A DNA stretch of 64,000 nucleotides from Octopus sinensis (GCF_006345805.1 NC_042997.1:196540001-196604000); one strand, 5' to 3'; shown: positions 12,968-25,135, counted from the stretch's first letter. Numbers and translations are program-made. Notes: generated by a model from the sequence alone, not told the origin.

Positions 12968-13177
12968 TCTTTTCTACTACAGGGACAAGACCTGAAATTT
13001 CGGGGAAGGGCCTAGCCTATTATATCGACACCATTGCTTGACTGGTACTTATCTAATCGACCCCGAAAAGACGAAAGGCAAAGTCGACTTCGGCAGTATT
13101 TGAACCCAGATTGTAAAGACAGACGAAATACTGCTTAGCATTTTGTCCGGCGTACTAACACTTCTGCTAGCTCGCGC
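12968..13177 (-). mobile_element. SINE family A, beta-tail copy
   Basis: Same layout as the preceding copy, more diverged. Confidence 0.75.
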
Positions 13178-13413
13178 CCAATTTAAAGAATCGTTTCTAC
13201 ATAGGCACAATGTGGGTATTGTGTTAGAACACAGAAAATGGGTTTTTACCATGAGAGGACCTCTCATATGGACTTGTAGAGCATAACACAATACCCATAT
13301 TTAGTAGGAGATAAGTATCACTCTTTGGCATTGTGCTTCTATCGCTAGTAATATTCTTTTAAATAAACACAGTCTATTTGCGACACCAGTGTCTAAATAG
13401 ACATTGATATCCG

Positions 13414-13513
13414 NNNNNNNNNNNNNNNNNNNNNNNNNNNNNNNNNNNNNNNNNNNNNNNNNNNNNNNNNNNNNNNNNNNNNNNNNNNNNNNNNNNNNNN
13501 NNNNNNNNNNNNN
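13414..13513. other. Assembly gap (100 N)
   Basis: Run of exactly 100 N; true length unknown. Confidence 0.99.
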
Positions 13514-13790
13514 CATGAAATTAGCGACAACGACAGGGAGCTTAATGAAAATGGCCAAGAATACTCTAATGAGGAAATATCATGGGATAATGCAGAAAAG
13601 TCTATGGAGATAGTGTTAAATTTCTAGAAAGGAATCCTTACTTTAGTGATAACTACGTTTTGCAAGCAATGTTACTTCGAAAGGATATGATCACAAAGAG
13701 ACTACAGCACCGGGAAATAGTGGAGTTTCGTGATCGCTTAAGGAATGCAATGGCAGCCCCCCGTGAGTTTGATAAATGAAGACAGAAACG
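13514..13790 (+). mobile_element. Probable pogo/Tigger transposase C-terminal remnant (frameshifted)
   Basis: Acidic stretch ISWDNAEKSMEIVL, then after a frameshift FLERNPYFSDNYVLQAMLLRKDMITKR; pattern recalls Tigger-type C-termini (from memory). Confidence 0.4.
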
Positions 13791-13981
13791 AAAGTGAAGA
13801 AGCTCATTCTATGACTGAATAAAAGTATTGTATAGAGTTGTTAGACGCAGGTAATTTATGTAATAAATATTTAACAACTAACATTATTTAATATTAATTT
13901 ATTTCCAATGTTTTTGTAGCAATGATATTTAATGATTCTTTAAAATGTATAATGTACTCACCTTAATATATACATTAAATA

Positions 13982-14504
13982 CTAGTGGAGGTACCCGGAA
14001 AAGTACGAGGAAATATTTTAACACCTTTTCTTTTCGAAATTTGAACAGCGTCCCCTAACTTGAACATAGCACACGTTCAAATTAGAGGAATTCTACTGTA
14101 TATATAATATATATAATATATATATATATATATATACGAGCAAAACGCCCCCCATCCAGTGGACGGTGCTGAGTTGTCAAACATTTAAACCAAATTTTCT
14201 CAAAACAACTTGTCCGACCGTCCCATAGGTCTCCCCTTTGAGAAACACTGATTTAACCTAAATTTGAGACACTAACAAAAGAAGAAATAAAGATAGACTT
14301 TTTTTTATTCCAAGAAAAGCGATTTTACAGATGCACGTTCCTACGGCTTTATCGATCGCATTCTCGCCCGGAATCAATTTTTGTAATTTTTTTCAAAACT
14401 TATACACTCCCTGATACCGTCGGTTTCTACATATCAAATTTGAGCGCAATCGGATGGAAGATGCCCGAGAACCTAGAAGACAACACACAGACAGAACGGA
14501 TTAG

Positions 14505-14555
<51 letters not shown>

Positions 14556-14560
14556 ATATA
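13982..14560 (-). mobile_element. Non-autonomous Helitron
   Basis: Minus 3' end: GC-rich hairpin-like cctcgtacttttccggg then CTAG|T at 13982; internal ccgattgcgctcaaatttgatatgtag typical of Helitron-N; 5' end lost in (TA)n. Confidence 0.5.
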
Positions 14561-15273
14561 TATATGTATGTATGTATGTATACAACACGAAGAGAACACA
14601 GAAAATGTAATCGGTATAATGCTTATATAATATACACGTGTTCCATATCTGTACATGTATGCACATATACACATACATACATGCAATGAGAAAGTGAATA
14701 CTAAGTCTCTGTTGTAGAGATTATAGTTTATTTTGAACAAATGTCTATCGCAAGATTCGTGTTTCAAACCAATGCAGTTATTCATGTGTGACTACTTGTG
14801 CTACAATAACTGACAGACCTCACAAAGTTTTGACTTGTCTGTCAAGTTACCAGACGGAAGCTAGTTCGCCTGGGGTTGTCTGGCTGGCATAGTTGAGCAC
14901 AAGGATCTTACAATTCTGTCATCCAAATGTAACATCGGATATTATTGATTAGATTAACACTCCAAGTCGGCTGACAGAATAATTTATCATCAAGAGTCTC
15001 GTAGTTTTCGTAATCGTATCGATGTTTCTTTTTTATAAATATATCTCTGGTGTTATTGGTGTGATTACAGCTTTATGTGTTGCTCTTGTAAATATTTTCA
15101 GCTCTAAACTGATAAAAAATCTCTCCATATTTATTATACGAATTCAGAATATGCTAAATCGGTGTCTGGCCTTGTGCCCCAAACTGAAAACATTATACTA
15201 ACTCGGTATCGAAACGAAACAAAACAACAACAACAAAAAAAAATATATATACTCAAATGACCGTTGGTATATA

Positions 15274-15437
15274 GGCGCAGGAGTGGCTGTGTGGTAAGTA
15301 GCTTGCTTACGAACCACATGGTTCCGGGTTCATTCCAACTATAGTAGAAGGCAAGTGCCTTCTACTATAGCCTTGGGCCGACCAAAGCCTTGTGAGTGGA
15401 TTTGGTAGACGGAAACTGAAAGAAACCCGTCGTATAT

Positions 15438-15486
<49 letters not shown>

Positions 15487-15720
15487 GTATGTATATGTGT
15501 GTGTGTGTATATGTTTGTTTATCTGTGTTTGTCCCCCCAACATTGACAACCGATGGTGGTGTGTTTACATCCCCGTAATTCAGCGGTTCGGCAAAAGAGA
15601 CCGATAGAATAAGTACTAGGCTTCCAAAGAATAAGTCCTGGGGTCGATCTGTTTGACTAAAGGTGGTGCTTCAGCATGGCCACAGTCAAATGACTGAAAC
15701 AAGTAAAAGAGTAAAACAGT
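15274..15720 (+). mobile_element. SINE family B, full length
   Basis: ggcgcaggagtggctgtgtggtaagtagc head through gactgaaacaagtaaaagagtaaaa; internal (TA)n(TG)n. Confidence 0.9.
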
Positions 15721-16548
15721 ATATGCTGTGATTTATAACTTGTTTAAAAGCTATATTGCTTACAGTTCTAAAAGGATATATGAATAATAAAATATATACG
15801 AAGGGTCTATAGAGGAATAGTTACTTTATCAACAATTATGATTTGAATAACCTATGTCAGTTAATAAACGGTTATGCACAGTTTTACATTAGTTTTGGGA
15901 CAACATTCTTATTTATATTCCAAGAAGTAATAAAAGGCAACGTTTTTCCAGTGTTTTAATTAACGAATGTTGAAAGCTTACGGCCTTTCATTGTTAATTT
16001 ATTATACATTCAAAGATAATACAATTTTACTGGTTAAAGAGTCCATTGTAATAAACAAGTTGGTTTTCTAGTTGTTTAATGATCGTACAATACATGATTG
16101 CCTAAGGATAACGTATGACGTTTGCACTAGGTTGTAGATGATAAACATAACAGATAAAAGTATGTCTCGTTATCTGACCAAACATTGAGCCTTGGGTGGC
16201 TAATATACAGATATGATAGCATTTAATTTAATAGAAAAGAAATACATAATATTTTGGTAGTAGAAATAACTGGAATGATACAGGGTTGAATCAAATATTT
16301 TACAACATATAATTTAGCTTCCGTCTGTTTTGAGTTAATACAACGCATTTCATCCCTTTAACACCCATAATCAGAGTGTCTTAATTAGGCACAGGGACTA
16401 TTAATTACCGGGTGATCTAATCAACTCTGCACATTCCAGTAAACCTTTAATACAGAACTTCTTGCACTTAGTCACCGCGAATCAAAATATTAAAGGATAG
16501 GATAAGTTATAATAGAGGGGAAATGAATTTATATAATTTACATATATA

Positions 16549-16715
16549 GGCGTAGGAGTGGTTGTGTGTTAAGTAGCTTGCTTACCAACCAGATGTTTCC
16601 GGGTTCAGTCCCACTGTGTGGCACCTTGAGCAACTGTCTTCTACTATAGCCTCGGGCCGACCAAAGCCTTGTGAGTGGATTTAGTTGACGGAAACTGAAA
16701 GAAGCCCGTTGTATA

Positions 16716-16768
<53 letters not shown>

Positions 16769-16996
16769 ATATATATATGTGTGTGTGTGTTTGTGTTTGT
16801 CCCCCCAACATCGCTTGACAACCGATGCTGGTGTATTTAGGTCTCTGTAACTTAGCGGTTCGTCAAAAGAGACCGATATAATAAGTACCACGCTTACAAA
16901 GAATAAGTCCTGGGTCGATTTGATTCGACTAAGGGCGGTGCTCCAGCATGGTCGCAGTCAAATGACTGAAACAAGTAAAAGAATAAAAGAAAAGAA
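16549..16996 (+). mobile_element. SINE family B, full length
   Basis: Colinear with 15274-15720. Confidence 0.9.
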
Positions 16997-17037
16997 TATG
17001 GTTTTGGTGATTAATAGAGAACTACTGTCACTTCACT

Positions 17038-17260
17038 AGCCACAACAATAAGGGTTCAAATTGGTCCGACCAATGGCACAGCCTACTCGTAAAATTGACG
17101 TGCAAGGGGCTGAGCACTCCACAAACATGCGTACCCTTAACTTAATTCTCAGGGCGATTCAGCGTAAAGCAGAATGTGACAACTCTGGATCTTTGAAATA
17201 CAGGTATTACTTCTTTTTGCCAGCTAAGCGGATTGGAGCAACGTGAAATAAAGTGTGTTG
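17038..17260 (-). mobile_element. CORE-type SINE H1 + T2, 5' part missing (family A copy adjoins)
   Basis: Reverse complement reads ttcacgttgctccaatcc..cctgtatttcaaag..gtggagtgctcagcc, matching 8720-8930. Confidence 0.7.
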
Positions 17261-17263
17261 TAA

Positions 17264-17650
17264 GGCGGCGAGCTAGCAGAAACGCTAGCACGCCGGGCAA
17301 AATGCTTAGCGGTATTCCGTCCGTCTTTACGTTCTGTGTTCAAATCCCGCCGAGGTCGACTTTGCCTTTCATGCTTTCGGGGTCGATCAAATTAAGTACC
17401 AGTTACGCACTGAGGTTGATATAATTGACTTAATCCGTTTGTCTGTCCTTGTTTGTCCCCTCTGTGGGTAGTAAAAGAAATAGGTATTTCGTCTGTTTTT
17501 ATGTTCTGAGTTCAAATTCCGCCGAGGTCGACTTTGATTTTCATCTTTTCGGGGTCGATAAATTAAGTACCAGTTGCATACTAGGGTTGATATAATCGAC
17601 TGGCCCCCTCCCCCAAAATTTCGGGCCTTGTGCTTAGAGTAGAAAAGAAT
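17264..17650 (+). mobile_element. SINE family A, two units (alpha + beta)
   Basis: Head, unit, junction aaataggtatttcgtct, second unit, beta tail. Confidence 0.88.
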
Positions 17651-18504
17651 AATTGCCACCAGTACTCAACTCGTATTCAGTTTCTGTCAACCAAATTCAC
17701 TCACAAAGAATTGGTTGGTCTGGGACTATAGTAGAAGAAACTCATGGTCTCATGGAGGGGAATTGAACCCGAAAACACTTGGTTGCAAAGCGAGCTTCAT
17801 TAGCCACACAATCATGCCAGCGCATGAGAGCGGGCCAAGAAAAAATACAAGATATTCGTGATACACTAATCCAGATTGATGAATAATAATGCTAATAAAA
17901 TTCTGTCTCCTACTTGTTGTCTTTTAACCCACATCTTTTGTTATTCACAGATCATTTCAGAATTAAATAAATTCTTTAAGACAAGATTAAACTGAAGGGT
18001 AGAAGAAAAAAAGAAATAAAAAAGCATACAAACGAAATAAAAAAAATCTCGGTCTCCATATTTTTCCATTAACTAAGCTATCCCTCATGGCTATTCTTTA
18101 AACGGAAATTAGACATCAAAAACAAAATAGTTTTTTGAATCAATGACAAGCATTTAAAATCTCCAAAAGCAATGTTAGAGTAGGATAAAAAGTAAAATTT
18201 GATTTTTATCGTTAGTATTTGTTTGTAAATTGGGATAAAAAGAAAAAAAAAAGAAACAGACAGAGATAAATATTGATTGAATCAGTGAATTAGGAAGGAG
18301 AAGAACTTTGCTATGTGAAAGAAGACAACGAAAAATTTTCTGGAACAGGAACAGAAGTATTTTTTTTAAATATTGTTCTCTTATAATTGATCGTTAGGAT
18401 TAGCTGTATGATGATAATAAGATTAGTGTTTAATTCCATTTTAACCCCCTTCCAAAATATTGTTGATTCGACTCAGAAAATGAATTTAGCTAGAATATGG
18501 AACG

Positions 18505-18525
18505 GGAGGGAGGGAGGGAGGGAGG

Positions 18526-18561
<36 letters not shown>

Positions 18562-18620
18562 TACATACATACATACATACATACATACATACATACATAC
18601 ATACATACATACATACATAG
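18505..18620. repeat. Serial tetranucleotide microsatellite (GGGA)n(GACA)n(TACA)n
   Basis: Direct reading. Confidence 0.9.
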
Positions 18621-18822
18621 CTATACGCAGACAGATATATGCATACATACATATAGACATACACAAATATATACGTAGAAATGTATGTCTAATTATGCAT
18701 ACATAGATACGTACGTACATACAGATAAATATATGCATACACACACACATTTATATATACACAAATATATAGCATAACTGTCTAATTATACATACATAGA
18801 TACATACATACACACAAATATA

Positions 18823-18868
<46 letters not shown>

Positions 18869-19002
18869 TATCCGCATAAATATATGTCGAATTATACACA
18901 CAGAGATACATACATACACAGATATATGCATACACACATATATATATATATATATATACACATATATCCGCATAATCGTATGTCTAATTATACATATACA
19001 CA

Positions 19003-19072
<70 letters not shown>

Positions 19073-20347
19073 AATACATGCACAGATTTTTTTTACTTTG
19101 GATTTTACAAAGTAGAAAGGCAATATTTAGAAAAAATAGTTGAATTAAAGGTGAACAAACAGAAACAGTCTCTCAACGTGTTTTTTTTATTTAAATATTC
19201 CAATACTGTTACATACAGCAGCTGATAATACAAAAGTACGTCTCACCCTAACAACTACAACATACATGGATGTGTGTAGAGTATGTGGGACAATCTCACT
19301 ATAAGACAAAATCTTTGTTTAATCAGATTACATAGTAATCAAGAAAGCAAATATTGGACACCAATCTTTTAGGAAATATTTGATTGGCCAGGTTTTGTTT
19401 TCCTAGTCTCCTAATGTATCACTTGTTAAGTTTAAAGTGTTTTATATTCTTTATTCACATGTATGTTTAGCTGTATAAAATGATAAAGATTATTTAAAAC
19501 GATAAAACCCGACATCTCTGCGTAATATGAAGACTATACTTATTTATAATTGCTAACATTCCAGTTAGGATTACTTATTTGATCATCCAAAGATTAGTAT
19601 GTATTGTATATAATTAGCAGAAAGACCAACTCCCCGGGCGGTTTTCTGCTCGTCGCTAAATGGTATTTACATATTTGATACCCAATTTGTGTTATTTTCT
19701 CGTATGTTACTCCTAATTTTCCTTTGCAATCTTTGTCTAATAGTACCCACTCACTCAGTAAATAAATTAACATTACCAAGCAGTAAGAAACAGTGTGAGA
19801 AGTTATGAAGAAATCAGACTATTATGTTGACTCAACATTGCTACATAAAAGTCCTTGGTTTATCGTCATCAGCAACACTCAACAAATGTGAGGGGAGACT
19901 GGAATCAAAGTAAATTGGCTGACGCTGGATTAAACTTATAATAGTTTGGAGAAATCTTTTACTGATGTGTTTGTAGAATGTAGCGTTGCAAATATTTGGA
20001 CGATCATTATATTTCAAGAAGTATTATCAGAGATGTTAAAGACGCAGTGTAAGATACCTACACCGAAGTGAGTAAAAATTAACTGTGTTTGAATCGTGAA
20101 ATTGAAATCGTCAATAATAAAACAAAGTTTAAAACCACATTTCGACAAAAATATATTAAAGTTGGAATTTATGAAAAATTTTTAAACAATGTAGACTTTA
20201 GTCATTGCTTTCCATTATAGTTACATTCTCCAACTTTATTAATATGCAGCTTTAATTATAGTATAGATATTAAATCTTCTTGTGTGACTATCACTATATA
20301 GAACTAATCTTGGTAACTGTATTAAGTAATAAAAAAATTGTCGTATA

Positions 20348-20574
20348 CTCTTCACTTTTACTTGTTTCAGTCATGTGACTGTGGCTATGCTGGAGCACCG
20401 CCTTTAGTCGAGCAAATCGACCCCAGGACTTATTATTTGTAAGCCTAGTACTTATTGTATCGGTCTCTTTTGCAGAACCGCTAAGTTACGGGGAGGTAAA
20501 CACACCAGCATCGGTTGTCAAGCGATGTTGGGGGGAACAAACACAGACACACAAACATGTACGCACACACACAC

Positions 20575-20607
<33 letters not shown>

Positions 20608-20756
20608 TACATACACACACACATACATACACACACACATACATACACACACACATATATATACACACACACATATACACACACACACATATACACACAC
20701 ACATATACACACACACACATATACACACACACACATATATACACACACACATATAT

Positions 20757-20816
<60 letters not shown>

Positions 20817-20970
20817 GATGGGCTTCTTTCAGTTGTCTGCCAAATCCACTCACAAGGCTTTGGTCGGCCCGAGGCTATAGTAGAAGACATTTGCCCAAGG
20901 TGCCACACAGTGGGACTGAACCCAGAACCATGTGGTTGGTAAGCAAACTACTTACCACACAGCCGCTCCT
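20348..20970 (-). mobile_element. SINE family B with ~250-bp expanded internal (CA)/(TA) tract
   Basis: Both halves intact around 20565-20815. Confidence 0.9.
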
Positions 20971-21340
20971 AATATTTCAAAACACCTATATGGTTGTCGC
21001 CCATCAGTGAGTTATACTCGTGAACCAATTAACGAACTGCGCTTAATATAATGCAAATTATTAATTATTAGATTGCTTTAACCGTCAGGACCACGGTCAT
21101 GCTGGGGCATTCCTTACATTAATTAAGACGATATTCTTAATCTCGGAACATATTTGGCTACTATTTATTGTAATATTCAGAAAGATCATATTCTCTTTTC
21201 TCTTCTATTTATTTTAATTTTTTCCAGTGTGATTTGGATTTAATTAGTGCAATATTTTATGTTCTTTTTGTAGCTATTCACCTTTTACAACTTTTGTTTA
21301 TGGTTTTGAAAATTTCCGTTAGTTATTTTTTACTTCTTTT

Positions 21341-21746
21341 GGATCTTTTCGGTTTGAACATAATTTCTAGGTAACAAAAAAATTTTAAACTTCGTATACT
21401 GGTAGAATGTGTTTATAAAACATCTTTTTCTCTTGGCTTTATTGAGAAAATTCTATAGTTTGCAAGATATTAGTTGTTTTTTTTCTTTAATTTCTGCAAT
21501 TTCAACCAATCACTGACGTCTATTGAGATAAAAAAACATTCTGTGCCGTATGAATATGTCCCTCGTTTAAGAAACAGATTGGGTTTATTTACATTTGTGA
21601 AGAAAAAAAGATACCCTTCCCCCCACCCCTAACCCTATCCCTAAAACAGATTGAAATGCAATAGATCGATACTAGGGTCATAATTATGGGTGACAATTTC
21701 ATATGACACGGCTAGAAAAAAACTGCCGTTCAAACTGAAAAGATCC
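21341..21746. mobile_element. MITE (non-autonomous DNA transposon), superfamily unassigned
   Basis: TIRs ggatcttttcggtttgaac / gttcaaactgaaaagatcc (18 of 19 match), non-coding interior. Confidence 0.7.
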
Positions 21747-21963
21747 CTTCTAGGATATTTAAAAATTGGGTTGCCGTCTTTTCCTACTTTGCACTCGCCA
21801 AGTAAGAAATGACGGCAACCCAGTTTTTAAATATCGTATTTATATAGTTAAAAAAAAAGTGAAGTAAATTTAATTATCAACGGTACCTTTTCCCGAAAAT
21901 TCAATCCAGTGTACCGCTTGTTTTCATTGCGGTTTACTGCGAGTTACCACTTCATCTAAGCAG

Positions 21964-22051
21964 GTTTGGTGTGTCATGGCCGGCTTCAAAATGCAGCTCA
22001 CACCATCAACATTTACTCTGCTGTCAACTGAAAAGAAAAGAAGGGAGATAA
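21964..22051 (+). CDS. Candidate exon E2 (88 nt, phase 0 to 1), VWCVMAGFKMQLTPSTFTLLSTEKKRREIx
   Basis: GTAAGT donor at 22052 and open frame, but weak acceptor; a strong minus-strand acceptor at 22028-22030 is a competing reading. Confidence 0.2.
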
Positions 22052-22190
22052 GTAAGTTTTCTTCAATATTTGGTTATGACTAACGTAGGAACTATCAAGA
22101 AGACATAATTTTTTAAAAGTTTGGTAATTATTCTATCGCTCTCTTTTGCCGAACCGTAATTAACGAGGGCGTAAACACACCAGCAGCAGT

Positions 22191-22345
22191 TTACGTCCCC
22201 GTAACTTAGTGGTTCGGCAAAAGAAACCGTAGAATAAGTACTAGGCTTACAAAGAATAAGACCTGGGGTCGATTTGCTCGACTAAAGGCGGTGCTCCAGC
22301 ATGGCCACAGTCAAATAACTGAAACAAATAAAAGAATAAAAGAAT
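22191..22345 (+). mobile_element. SINE family B 3' half
   Basis: tttacgtccccgtaacttag..gcatggccacagtcaaataactgaaac. Confidence 0.8.
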
Positions 22346-22571
22346 AAGAGAATAAAATAAACCCAAATCTCGAACAGCTGAATCGAACAGAAAATATATG
22401 ACTTCTTAACGAACAGCCACATCTGCTTTGTATCTATGTTCATACACAAATAGTCAATACTTTCGACAATGATGTATGGTGAACGTAGCATAGCTGTATG
22501 ATTAAGAAATTCGTCACACAGTCACGAGGTAGTGGCATCTTAGACAGCCGTCTTTTACCATAGACCTTATA

Positions 22572-22978
22572 TTTACTCTTTTTCTCTTTTACTTGTTTCA
22601 GTCATTTGACTGTGGCCATGCTGGAGCACCGCCTTTAATCGAACAACTCGACCCCGGGACTAATTCTTTTGTAAGCCCAGCACTTATTCTATCGGTCTCT
22701 TTTGCCGAACCGCTAAGTGACGGGGACGTAAACACACCAGCATCGGTTGTCAAGCAATGCTAGGGGGACAAACACAGACACATACACACACACACACACA
22801 TATATATACATAAATACAACAGGCTTCTTTCAGTTTCCGTCTACCAAATCCACTCAAGGCATTGGTCGGCCCGGGGCTATAGCAGAAGACACTTGCCCAA
22901 GATGCCATGCAGTGGGACTGAACCCAGAACCATGTGGTTGGTTAGCAAGCTACTTACCACACAGCCTCTCCTGCGCCT
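22572..22978 (-). mobile_element. SINE family B, full length
   Basis: Reverse complement of the consensus, short internal (CA)/(TA). Confidence 0.9.
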
Positions 22979-23290
22979 ATGTGAAAGAAAATTGAAGGAA
23001 ACTGTACGAAAGCCGTCGGAGGGATTACAACTGTAATTTAAATGATCGGTCTTATCTCCGTTTCATGCTGATTTCATCCAAGAATCATGTTAAGGGTTAA
23101 TGTTAATTAAATGACCAGATAATTCAGTAAGTCGAATGGCAAATCCCATAATTAATTATGTGTTGGTTCCTGAGTAGTAATGCCTTTGTAACCTCATCTT
23201 ACCGAAGAAATCCGTAGGGTACATTTATGGCCAGGCTACAGCACTTTGCTTTGGCTAAGCAATGAATATCAATAGTTTTGAAAATACGAA

Positions 23291-23451
23291 CGTAGGAGTG
23301 GCTGTGTGGTAAGTAGCTTGCTAACCAACCACAAGGTTCCGGGTTCAGTCCCACTGCGTGGCATCTTGGGCAAGTGTCTTCTGCTATAGCCCCGGACCGA
23401 CCAATGCCTTGTGAGTGGATTTGGTAGACGGAAACTGAATGAAGCCTGTCG

Positions 23452-23484
<33 letters not shown>

Positions 23485-23693
23485 TTGTTTGTCTGTGTTT
23501 GTCCCCCTAGCATTGCTTGACAACCAATGCTGGTGTGTTTACGTCCCCGTCACCTAGCGGTTCGGCAAAAGAGACCGATAGAATAAGTACTGGACTTACA
23601 AAGAATAAGTCCCGGGGTCGATTTGCTCGACTAAAGGCAGTGCTCCAGCATGGCCGCAGTCAAATGACTGAAACAAGTAAAGAGTAAAGAGAA
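23291..23693 (+). mobile_element. SINE family B, full length
   Basis: Colinear with the other B copies. Confidence 0.9.
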
Positions 23694-24059
23694 AGTGACG
23701 AAAACTGGGAAGGTATAAGAGGCTGATTAATGAAATTAAAGATTAATGACTGCATGATAACAAAATGTGTGTCACATCCACAGCACTTATAAGACATTAA
23801 AAGATTAGTGGGTAGCTAACATGGAAGAGAATGGGACTCCGAAATAACATTAAAAGATTGCAATAAAATGATAAAGTATCTGGGGCCTTTAGAGTTAACC
23901 TCGAGCTGTAGTTATGTTCTAACAACTATGAAGAAACAAGGAGCTCCTCTGTTAGAGGTACAGTTCTGATGAAGACTGGTAATCTGAACCTTAATTGTAA
24001 GTTACTCTCGGATAGTTATATTTTTAAGTCTAAAGACAAGGTTCGTACAACAAGGAACA

Positions 24060-24358
24060 TCTTTATATATAAAAGTGAAGTTGTGTGAGTGTCTGTCTCC
24101 TACGATTTAGATTCCTAACTACTCCCACATTTTGCGGTGCAGTTTAACCAAAACCGGGTATCTTATAGTCGTGATTCATATCGAACCCTTCTGGGTATTA
24201 GTGCGCGTCTACGATGAGTCTACGATTTAAAAATTTACCATCATTTTTTCCCATTTTTAATGCATTTTTCTGCTATTATATAAGGGAAGTAACTCTCTAA
24301 AAATGCTTATATAGTTATTTCCCTTACAAACCCGAGCAACGCCGGGCGATACTGCTAG
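24060..24358 (+). mobile_element. Complete non-autonomous Helitron (~300 bp)
   Basis: A|TC start (tctttatatataaaag), subterminal hairpin cccgagcaacgccggg (24331-24346), CTAG|T end, no TSD. Confidence 0.85.
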
Positions 24359-24551
24359 TGTTATATAAGAACTCAATATCAGCCAAGACAATTTTACATT
24401 ATTATACAGGAAAAATATAAATACTGATACTGTGGAAATTCTGAAATTAGGTGGAGAGAGGATGGTAAAATTACAAGGGAAACAATGATACAGTGTTGTG
24501 TTCTGGTGGAAAGAAAGCGTTCAAGATTCTATAACAAAATCCATAACTATA

Positions 24552-25135
24552 GGCGCAGACTGGGTTTTGTGGTAAGAAGTTTGCTTCTCAACCATACTGA
24601 TCCGGGGTCTGTCCCACCGCGTGGAACCTTGGTTGTCTTCTTGTATAGCCTAAGAACCGACCAAAGCCTTATGAGTGGATTTGGTAGACGGTAACTGGAA
24701 GAAGCCCATCATATATATATATATATAGCATTTTTCCGATTGCCGGATAACTGAAGAGATGGCGGCGTGGATTTCCACATCAGCATCCGAAACTCGGAGT
24801 TTTATCATGGCTACCGAATAATTGTCACATATTACTTTTACAGATGTATGTATGTATGTATGTATGTATGTATGCATGTATGTATGCATGTATGTATGTA
24901 TGTATGTATGTACGTGTCTGTCCGTGCTTATCTTTGTGTTTGTAACCAGTCACCGCTTGACCACTGGTGTTGTGTGTTTCCGTCCTCGTCACTTAGCGGT
25001 TCGGCTAAAGATACTGATAGAATAAATACCAGGCTTTGGAAGAATGTGTACTGGGGTCAATTCGTTCAACTAAATCTCTTCAACCCGATACCCCAGCATG
25101 GCCGAAGTCTAATGAATGAAACAAACAAGAGATAC
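24552..25135 (+). mobile_element. Diverged SINE family B copy interrupted by a ~115-bp insertion
   Basis: B head to gaagcccatc(TA)n, foreign segment 24728-24843, then (TATG)n and the B 3' half. Confidence 0.75.
24746..24806 (+). ncRNA. Minimal type I hammerhead ribozyme motif (Penelope-like)
   Basis: Helix I gataa/ttatc, core CTGAAGA (24751-57), imperfect long helix II, GAAA (24789-92), helix III actc/gagt with 1-nt loop, cleavage triplet GTT. Confidence 0.6.

Noticed and set aside
21628-21650. Telomere-like ccctaaccctatccctaa
   Set aside because: Only 2-3 imperfect units, inside a MITE
21886-22027. Minus-strand exon after a strong cttcttttcttttcAG acceptor
   Set aside because: The only open frame stops before the next good donor and no partner exons were found; kept only as a competing reading for E2
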